64,000 nucleotides of DNA from Planctomycetota bacterium (GTDB lineage Bacteria > Planctomycetota > Phycisphaerae > Phycisphaerales > SM1A02), in the NCBI GenBank assembly GCA_009926625.1, contig RFON01000011.1:4713-68712 (forward strand), in the 5' to 3' direction. Position 1 is the stretch's first letter; each line of letters opens with the position of its first letter. Positions 57,198 through 64,000 of this stretch are shown here, piece by piece. Made by a program: the position numbers and the translations under genes. The notes below the pieces were generated by a model that had not been told where the DNA came from, made no database searches, and was given only the letters and a program-made list of their open reading frames with translations.

Positions 57198-58682
57198 TCA
57201 GGAGAGTTCCTTCACCAGCGCGTCGAGATCCTTGCGGCGCTGACGAATGTCGCGGAAGTTGATGTCCTTGCGAAGGATGGCGGAGCAGATGTCTGCGGCA
57301 TCGCGCGCGTGCTGCGCGCTGCGTTCGAGCTTCGCCAGCTCGGTCAGGGACAGCATGAGGTCGTAGCGGATGTCTTGCTCACGCGCGGCACTCGTCACAT
57401 CGAGTGCGGCGAGAGCTTCCTTGAATTCGCCGACCGCTTCGGCATGCCAGTCCGAAGCCGCGAAGCATCGACCGAGCATGTGCGCCGCCGACACGCGCAT
57501 CTTCGGCTCTTCCTTGGCCACCTGTAGGCAGCCCATGGCCTCCTCGAAGTTGCCGAGTTCGAACAGGATCCGACCGAGTTCTGCCTTCATGCTGCGGTCG
57601 GACGGATAGTTCTGCACACGCTCGCGGAACTCGGTCGCCTGCAGTTCGAGCACTGCCTTGCGCAGGCGATCCGCATTCGCGCGAGCGGTCGCGTCCGTGG
57701 GTGCCTTGGTCGCCGCATCTTCTGCTGCGGCAAGATGGCGCTGTGCCCGACCGATTTTGATGTCGCCCGCCGCCATGCGGAAGCGGTACTCCTTGAGCGC
57801 CTCATAGGCTGCGAGATACACCTTGAAGGCGGCGGCTTCGTGCTCTGGAGTGCCCGTTCGCTTGAGCGCGAGGCAGTACTTCTGTACCGCATCGGGCGAA
57901 CGCGGATTCGCCTCGTAGTCCGCTTTCGCACGCTCGAGGTTGCGTTCCTCCGCGCCGACGCTGCCCGTGATCGCATCCTGCTCCTCGAGACTGCGCTGCT
58001 TGTCGAGGTCCTTCACATTGTCGCGGAAGTTGCCGCGTCCACCGTCGCGATCGAAGCCGCTTGCCACCATCGCGCGGTTGGCCAGGATTTGCTTGAACTC
58101 CCTTTCGAGCTTGGTGTCGGACGGATCCATCTCGAGCGCCTTCTCGATGCAGAGTTTGGCTTCCTCCCATGCACCCACCTCGACGAAGAGATCCTTCGCG
58201 CGGAGAACCACTTTGCGGTTGGGCTTGTCGCGCATCACGACGCTCAGGAGGTTGAACACCTTCGGAGCTGCCCATGCGCCCACGGCGGGCAACTCAGCCT
58301 TGATGCTGGCACCGAGCATGTCGAGGCTGCGTTCGTGGTTGTTGAGGTCGCGCATCCACAGCAGCGTTGCCACCGCAAGGCGATCCACGGCTGATGGTCC
58401 CTCGAGCGGCTTTACCTCTGCTCCAGTGGCAGGTTTTCCGCCTCCTTGGTGGTTCTGCTTCGCGCACGCCCACATCGAATCGAGCGTCGGCACGCTCGCG
58501 GGGTCGAACTTCAGCGCGTTGGCGAAGTAGAAGAGCGCCACCTCGAAGCCCGACTGGGCGATGGCCTTGTCGGCGCGTTCGAGGAACAGCCGCGCCTTCT
58601 CGGGCGACGGTACGAACACCGCCTTCTTGTCGCCTTCGTTCTTCTTCCAGGGGAGGATCAAGGGGAGTCTCCGGGATGTCAT
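57198..58682 (-). CDS. TPR-repeat protein
   Basis: Start taken at MTSRR (58682). Repeated 34-residue A/Y/F-patterned helices (ALFYFANALKFDP, AKLCIEKALEMDP, AMGCLQVAKEEP). Confidence 0.65.
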   Translation of the reverse strand: MTSRRLPLILPWKKNEGDKKAVFVPSPEKARLFLERADKAIAQSGFEVALFYFANALKFDPASVPTLDSMWACAKQNHQGGGKPATGAEVKPLEGPSAVDRLAVATLLWMRDLNNHERSLDMLGASIKAELPAVGAWAAPKVFNLLSVVMRDKPNRKVVLRAKDLFVEVGAWEEAKLCIEKALEMDPSDTKLEREFKQILANRAMVASGFDRDGGRGNFRDNVKDLDKQRSLEEQDAITGSVGAEERNLERAKADYEANPRSPDAVQKYCLALKRTGTPEHEAAAFKVYLAAYEALKEYRFRMAAGDIKIGRAQRHLAAAEDAATKAPTDATARANADRLRKAVLELQATEFRERVQNYPSDRSMKAELGRILFELGNFEEAMGCLQVAKEEPKMRVSAAHMLGRCFAASDWHAEAVGEFKEALAALDVTSAAREQDIRYDLMLSLTELAKLERSAQHARDAADICSAILRKDINFRDIRQRRKDLDALVKELS

Positions 58683-58776
58683 TTCCGTGGGATGCGTTTC
58701 CTCGGAGACTTGGAGGGTAGCGCATCGCGCATCGCGCGGCAATTCTTCGCGGCAGACTCCATTAGACTCTCGCAGC

Positions 58777-59280
58777 GTGCGATCCCTCGTGCTGCATCCA
58801 CATCCGGTGCTGCGGCGGCGCGCCGATCCGATTGGCGAAATCGACGGTCAAATCCGCGATCTTGCGGAGCAGATGATCCGCATCATGCACGAGGAGGATG
58901 GATACGGGTTGGCAGCGCCGCAGGTCGGCGAGTCCCTGCGACTCTTCGTGACGCAGCGGGAAGATGACGAAGGTGACGCGGGCGGGATCGTGTACATCAA
59001 TCCGCGAATCATCCGTGTGGAAGGAACGCTCGAGGCGCAGGAGGAGGGGTGCCTGAGCCTGCCGGATATCCGCGGTTCGGTACGGCGGCAACCGATCGTG
59101 GAGATCGAGGCGACCGACTTGGATGGACGCGCCTTTCGTATGGAGTCAAGCGAACTCATGGCGCGCTGCTGGCAGCATGAGATGGACCACCTCGATGGCG
59201 TTCTCATCATTGACCGCATGAGCGTGATGGACCGGCTGGTCAACCGCAAGAAGTTGAAGGCGCTTGAGGAGGGTGAGTGA
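58777..59280 (+). CDS. def: Peptide deformylase
   Basis: GTG start at 58777. GLAAPQVG, EGCLSLP, QHEMDHLDG. Confidence 0.9.
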   Translation: MRSLVLHPHPVLRRRADPIGEIDGQIRDLAEQMIRIMHEEDGYGLAAPQVGESLRLFVTQREDDEGDAGGIVYINPRIIRVEGTLEAQEEGCLSLPDIRGSVRRQPIVEIEATDLDGRAFRMESSELMARCWQHEMDHLDGVLIIDRMSVMDRLVNRKKLKALEEGE

Positions 59281-60317
59281 GCGGTTCGGAGCCCGTGCCG
59301 ATCGTGCTGCTTGGGAGTGGAGCGTTTGCGGTCGCGCCGTTTGCAGCGCTGCGAACGGCTGCGCCTGAACTCGGGTTGCATGTGGCGTGCGTCGTCTCGC
59401 AGCCGGACCGCAAGGCGGGGCGCGGTCAGACGCTTGCGCCGACGCCAGTCAGCGCATGGGCGCTTGCGAATGCGCTTCCACTCGAACGCACGGACGATGC
59501 GTCGTCGGGAGCCTCGCTGGCGCGCATTCGCGGCACTGGTGCAGCCCTGCTGGTGGTGGTCGCATTCGGGCAGCGGCTAGGTCGGGAACTGCTCGATGGA
59601 GTCGCTGCCGTGAATGTGCATGGATCGCTGCTGCCCGCGTGGCGCGGTGCGGCGCCGATCCAACGATCACTGATGGCGGGCGATGCGCGCGTTGGTGTGA
59701 CGGTGATCGGACTCGCCGATCGAATCGATGCAGGTGCGGTCTTCGCCGAAGCGTCCACGGAGCCGCGCGAAGGAGAGACCGCGGGCGATTTGCATGATCG
59801 GTTGAGCGTGCTCGGCTGTGCGCCGCTGCTCGACACCGTGCGACGCTGGCGCGCGGCGTTCGATGCGCACTCGAATACGCCGCGACACCAGCGCGCAGCC
59901 CGCGCACTTGAATCGCTCGGTGGCGTTCAACAGGATGAGCGGTTTGTGACGCGCGCCGCGAAACTCTCGCGGGCGGATGCATGGGTCGACTTCGCTGCGG
60001 ATGCAAAGGCGGTGTGCGCGAGGATCAATGGGCTCAGCCCTTGGCCGGGCGTTGATGCGGTGGTGGGGCAGCATGCGCTGCGCATCCTTCGGGCGCGAAC
60101 GGCGGTCGGTGGCAGTGCGCAGGGCGTGCCCACGGGCGAGATCACTTTGGACGGTCATGTGGGCTGCGGTCAAGGCACGGTTGAGTTGCTGGATGTGCAG
60201 CCCCCGGGCGGAAGCGTCATGTCATGGGATGCGTTCCGCCGCGGTCGGCAGATTGCTGCAGGCGCAGTCGTTTCCTGTCGCGGTATGCCATCACGGGACG
60301 GCGATCCATCCCCATGA
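59277..60317 (+). CDS. fmt: Methionyl-tRNA formyltransferase
   Basis: GTGA overlap with def. NVHGSLLPAWRGAAPIQRS. Confidence 0.88.
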   Translation: MSGSEPVPIVLLGSGAFAVAPFAALRTAAPELGLHVACVVSQPDRKAGRGQTLAPTPVSAWALANALPLERTDDASSGASLARIRGTGAALLVVVAFGQRLGRELLDGVAAVNVHGSLLPAWRGAAPIQRSLMAGDARVGVTVIGLADRIDAGAVFAEASTEPREGETAGDLHDRLSVLGCAPLLDTVRRWRAAFDAHSNTPRHQRAARALESLGGVQQDERFVTRAAKLSRADAWVDFAADAKAVCARINGLSPWPGVDAVVGQHALRILRARTAVGGSAQGVPTGEITLDGHVGCGQGTVELLDVQPPGGSVMSWDAFRRGRQIAAGAVVSCRGMPSRDGDPSP

Positions 60318-61459
60318 ACGCCAGCACCGTCACGCCCGACGACCTCGACTATGCGCTTGACCCCGCGTGCATCGCCACGCATCCAGCAGAGCCGCGCGAT
60401 TCGGCGCGCATGATGGTGCTGCACCGCGCAGCGGACCGCGTCGAGCACCGATCCATCCGCGACATCGTCGGCTACCTCGATGCTGCGGGCGCGCTGATCG
60501 TGAACGAGACGCGTGTCGAGGCGATGCGCTTTCTCGCCGCGCGCGATGGTGATGGTCGGACATGCGAGGGTCTGTTCGTCGATCCAACGAGTGATGGGCT
60601 GTGGCGCGTGATGATTCGAGGCGCCAAGCACTTTGCGTCTGGCGATGTGCTGCGTCTGACGCCGCCGACGGACGAAATCGAAGTGAGGGTGCGGCTCGAG
60701 CGGCGCGATGGTGTTCACTGGGTCGTGTCGATATGCGGCGGTCTGACGGCCACGGCGGCATGGAACGCGGCTGGTTGGACTCCGCTGCCGCCGTACATAC
60801 TGGCGGCTCGGCAGCAGCGCGGGGAATCGTTGGCTGCGGCGGGAGATACAGACGATGCGGACCGCCGCGAGTACCAGACCGTGTATGCGCGCGGAAGTGA
60901 TCTGCCGAGCTGCGCCGCTCCAACCGCAGGGCTGCACTTCACGACTGACCTTCTGCAAAAGATTGCGGCGCAGGGAGTTGCAACGATCCGCACCGAGCTG
61001 CAGGTGGGGCCTGGCACCTTCCGCCCAGTGGACGCGCCAACGCTCGAGACGCATCCGATGCACTCGGAGCGCTGCCGCGTTTCGGCCGCAGCCATGTGCG
61101 CGCTGGCACACTGCGATCCAGCGGCAAGCCTCGTAGTGGGAACGACTTCGGTTCGACTGCTCGAGTCGCTGTCACGACCGCTGCCCATCGACGCGCTCGA
61201 GCGCGCGCGGCAGTTGGTGGCGAGCGGGCAGGGTGATCAACCCGCGCTGGCGTTCGCGACCGACATGCTCATCGCGCCAGGGTTCGAGTTCCGCTGGACC
61301 AACCGACTGCTGACCAACTTTCATCTGCCGAGGTCAACGCTGCTCGCGCTTGTCGGCGCGCTCATCGGACTCGATCGGCTCAAGCGGGTCTACGCACTCG
61401 CGCAGCGCGAGGGGTATCGCTTCTACTCCTTCGGCGACGCCATGCTGATACTTCCCTGA
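60314..61459 (+). CDS. queA: S-adenosylmethionine:tRNA ribosyltransferase-isomerase
   Basis: In-frame ATG at 60314 (ATGA overlap with fmt). LDYALDPACIATHPAEPRDSARMMV, GTTSVRLLES, YRFYSFGDAMLI. Confidence 0.88.
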   Translation: MNASTVTPDDLDYALDPACIATHPAEPRDSARMMVLHRAADRVEHRSIRDIVGYLDAAGALIVNETRVEAMRFLAARDGDGRTCEGLFVDPTSDGLWRVMIRGAKHFASGDVLRLTPPTDEIEVRVRLERRDGVHWVVSICGGLTATAAWNAAGWTPLPPYILAARQQRGESLAAAGDTDDADRREYQTVYARGSDLPSCAAPTAGLHFTTDLLQKIAAQGVATIRTELQVGPGTFRPVDAPTLETHPMHSERCRVSAAAMCALAHCDPAASLVVGTTSVRLLESLSRPLPIDALERARQLVASGQGDQPALAFATDMLIAPGFEFRWTNRLLTNFHLPRSTLLALVGALIGLDRLKRVYALAQREGYRFYSFGDAMLILP

Positions 61460-61478
61460 CCCGCCCGCCTCGCAGCGC

Positions 61479-61526
61479 GCGGATTCAGTCGCGGATTCAG
61501 TCGCACATTCGGTCGCTCGAACCGTC
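61479..61526. repeat. 12-bp tandem repeat x4 (last two units degenerate) upstream of murE
   Basis: gcggattcagtc, gcggattcagtc, gcacattcggtc, gctcgaaccgtc. Confidence 0.8.
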
Positions 61527-61575
61527 AAGCGTCGGGCGACCAAGTGCCGATATCCATGGTGAGTTCTATGAATCC

Positions 61576-63132
61576 ATGAAGTTGTCTCACCTGATCGCCA
61601 AAGTGGACGGCGTGACGGTCTTGGGAGATGGTGACCCCGATATCGGATGTGTCACGGACGACTCCCGGAAGGTCGCGCGCGGTTCATTGTTCGTCGCCCG
61701 CAGTGGAACGCGCGGCGATGGTCGCGCCTTCATCACGGATGCGGTCGCGCGCGGGGCCGCAGCGGTCCTGTGCGACGGCAGCGTGCCCCTGACGGAACTG
61801 CGTGATGCCGGGGTTTCGATGTTGCAGTGCGACAACGCGGCCACGACTGGCGTTGATCTCGCGCATGCGTTCGCGGGCTTCCCGTCAGCGGCGATGCGGA
61901 TGATCGGCATCACGGGAACGAACGGCAAGACAACGGTGGCGTTCTTGGTGCAGCACATCCTGATGCATGCGGCGACACGGTGCGGCCTGATCGGCACGGT
62001 GGTCATCGATGACGGCGCGACGCGCACGCCCGCGGAACTGACGACGCCGGGCGGGATCGAGTTGGCACGCATGCTCGGCGCGATGGCTGGCAATGGCTGC
62101 GAAGCGGTCGCGATGGAGGTTTCCAGTCATGCGCTCCACCAGGGTCGCGTGCGCGGGATCGACTTTGCAGTGGCGGTCTTCACGAACCTGACTGGCGATC
62201 ACCTCGACTACCACGGGTCGATGGATGCGTACGCGGACGCCAAGGCCCAACTGTTCGATGGGCTTCCATCAGGCGCGTTCGCGGTCGTCAATGGCGACGA
62301 TCCGGCGCATGCGCGCATGGTGCGCTCGTGCGCGGCGCGCGTGATTCGCTGCAGCACGACCGATACGCGCGCGGAGTGCACTGCGGAGATCACATGCGTG
62401 GCGCTCGGCGGCATGCGGCTGCGGCTGCATGGTCCGTGGGGCACCTTCGATGCGGACTTCCCATGCGTGGGGCGGCACAATGCGATGAACGCGCTCCAAG
62501 CAGTGGCAGCAGCGTGGGCGCTGGGTGTCCCTGCGAAGCAACTGGAGCAGGGACTGTCGACGGCGTCCGCTCCGCCGGGACGATTGCAGCCGGTCACCGC
62601 CCTGCATGATCCGTTCGCGGTGCTCGTGGACTACGCGCACACCGATGACGCGCTCTCGAATGTGCTTTCGGCGCTGCGTCCAGTGGTCGGGTCGGGTCGC
62701 ATCGTGTTGGTCTTTGGATGCGGCGGGGACCGCGACCGCACGAAGCGTCCGCGCATGGCGGCAACAGCGGTGCGCGGCGCGGATCTCGTGTTCGTGACGA
62801 GCGACAACCCGCGCACGGAGGATCCCAACGCAATCATTGCGGAGATCGTTGCCGGCATTCCAGCCGATCGTCGCGCGCGCGTTCATGTGCAGCCTGATCG
62901 CGCGGCTGCGATTGCCGCTGCAGTCGCGGCGGCACGCACGGGTGACATCGTGCTCATCGCGGGCAAGGGGCATGAGGACTACCAGATCATCGGGACGGAG
63001 AAGCGCCACTTCGATGACTGCGAACAGGCGCGCGCTGCGATTCGGTCGACTCGGATCGCAGCGGCGAGTGAATCCGCCGCAGAAAGCGCAGTTTCAGCGC
63101 GCCAGTCCGAACCACAGGGAGTCCACGCATGA
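61576..63132 (+). CDS. murE: UDP-N-acetylmuramoyl-L-alanyl-D-glutamate--2,6-diaminopimelate ligase
   Basis: GITGTNGKTT, DYAHTDDAL, TSDNPRTEDP, GKGHEDYQ. Confidence 0.92.
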   Translation: MKLSHLIAKVDGVTVLGDGDPDIGCVTDDSRKVARGSLFVARSGTRGDGRAFITDAVARGAAAVLCDGSVPLTELRDAGVSMLQCDNAATTGVDLAHAFAGFPSAAMRMIGITGTNGKTTVAFLVQHILMHAATRCGLIGTVVIDDGATRTPAELTTPGGIELARMLGAMAGNGCEAVAMEVSSHALHQGRVRGIDFAVAVFTNLTGDHLDYHGSMDAYADAKAQLFDGLPSGAFAVVNGDDPAHARMVRSCAARVIRCSTTDTRAECTAEITCVALGGMRLRLHGPWGTFDADFPCVGRHNAMNALQAVAAAWALGVPAKQLEQGLSTASAPPGRLQPVTALHDPFAVLVDYAHTDDALSNVLSALRPVVGSGRIVLVFGCGGDRDRTKRPRMAATAVRGADLVFVTSDNPRTEDPNAIIAEIVAGIPADRRARVHVQPDRAAAIAAAVAAARTGDIVLIAGKGHEDYQIIGTEKRHFDDCEQARAAIRSTRIAAASESAAESAVSARQSEPQGVHA

Positions 63133-64000
63133 ATGGTCCTCACGCAAACGCCGCCAGCACACCGTCGTCGTTCCTGACACCTGAGGAACTGCGAAGCGCG
63201 GTCCAAGGTGCATGGGTGGAAACACCTTCGGATGCGACGGTTCTGCGAGGCATCGGGACCGACACGCGGAGCGACTTGGGTGGGCGCGCGTTCTTCGCGC
63301 TTCGAGGCGATCGGCACGATGCGCATGATCATCTGCTGGAAGCGGTGCGAGCGGGCGCGAGCGTGATCGTTGTCGAGGAGTCGCGGTGGAATCGAATCCG
63401 ACTGGCGGGGCAGCAGCCAGCGTCGGTGCTGATCGTGCGCGACACGCGCGCGGCGCTGCAGGCTGCGGCGCGTTTCTGGCGCACGCAACTGCACGGAACC
63501 CAAGTGGTGGGGATCACGGGCAGTTCAGGCAAGACCACCACGCGGCGCCTGATGGAAGCGGTCCTTGCAACGCGATTCCGCGGCACGGCGAGCCCGAAGA
63601 GCTTCAACAACGATGTGGGCGTTCCGATCACGCTGCTTGGTGGTCGGCGGGGCGACGATTTCCTCCTCGCCGAAATCGGCATGAACAGTCCGGGTGAGAT
63701 CGCCGCCCTGACTGCGCTTGCGCGGCCTGATGTGGGCGTGATCACCATGGTTGGAAAGGCGCATCTTGGCGGGCTCGGATCGGTCGACGCGATCCTTCGG
63801 GAAAAGTTCTCGCTCATTGCTGGTTTGCATGCGGGATCCCTGGCCATCGTGCGCGGCGACAGCAGCATGCTCGATGCGGCCCTTGAATCCGCGCTGCCGA
63901 CTGGCGTCCGCGTGGTGCGATTCGGCATCGGTCCAGCCAACCATGTTCGGCTGCGCACGCGCGCCGCGCGACCTGAGGGTGGGCAGGACATCGAAGTCGA
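63129..64000 (+). CDS. murF: UDP-N-acetylmuramoyl-tripeptide--D-alanyl-D-alanine ligase, 3' end outside the window
   Basis: Not in the ORF track because it has no stop in the window. My own translation from the ATG at 63129 (ATGA overlap with murE) gives MNGPHANAAS..GTDTRSDLGGRAFFALRGDRHDAHDHL..VVGITGSSGKTTT. Confidence 0.85.
   Translation, partial: MNGPHANAASTPSSFLTPEELRSAVQGAWVETPSDATVLRGIGTDTRSDLGGRAFFALRGDRHDAHDHLLEAVRAGASVIVVEESRWNRIRLAGQQPASVLIVRDTRAALQAAARFWRTQLHGTQVVGITGSSGKTTTRRLMEAVLATRFRGTASPKSFNNDVGVPITLLGGRRGDDFLLAEIGMNSPGEIAALTALARPDVGVITMVGKAHLGGLGSVDAILREKFSLIAGLHAGSLAIVRGDSSMLDAALESALPTGVRVVRFGIGPANHVRLRTRAARPEGGQDIEV

Noticed and set aside
56242-57243. 333-aa plus-strand ORF
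   Set aside because: Antisense to kdsB.

Overview
GC-rich chromosomal window with no transposase, integrase, phage or CRISPR content. The organisation fits a Planctomycetota (Phycisphaerae-like) genome. This is an inference from four things: a 23S-5S rRNA operon with its own promoter and no 16S gene in the window, a PilM-PilN fusion, a prepilin-type N-methylation protein, and LPS (kdsB) plus peptidoglycan (murE/murF) genes. I call about 55 protein genes, one 23S rRNA, one 5S rRNA and three tRNAs (Ile-GAU, Arg-CCU, Met-CAU).

Gene content in order:
- a Wsp-like chemosensory cluster (cheW, cheA-REC, cheB, REC-PP2C)
- dihydropyrimidinase, and an FAD oxidoreductase/aldo-keto reductase pair
- a three-lipoprotein operon with a FlgO-like member
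- serS, nadK, and a permease-less ABC ATPase with an 844-aa membrane protein and an M20 peptidase
- rpsA
- a PilM-PilN fusion operon with two large unknown bitopic proteins
- the 23S-5S operon, then a 9-bp tandem array and an RRM protein with an RGG/Pro-rich tail
- a J-protein plus two CNNM/CorC transporters, tRNA-Ile, mdh, dprA
- a lipoprotein/RsbW-kinase/STAS/MlaE operon
- guaA, a secreted Gly/Tyr/Asn-rich protein, and tdh-kbl with an MBL/rhodanese gene
- apbC, a Spy/CpxP-like protein, a prepilin-like protein, trmL, pyrG, pepN, kdsB, def-fmt-queA, murE-murF

The best candidates for undescribed biology are:
1. The PilM/PilN-anchored three-gene envelope operon, which has no other pilus genes nearby.
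2. The partner-switching kinase/STAS pair translationally coupled to an orphan MlaE permease, possibly fed by the chemosensory REC-PP2C.
3. The (U)GCAUG-containing tandem array directly upstream of an atypical RRM protein gene.

Many long ORFs in the six-frame track are antisense artefacts of the high GC content and were rejected. All coordinates come from reading the sequence and ORF track by eye. No database search was run.
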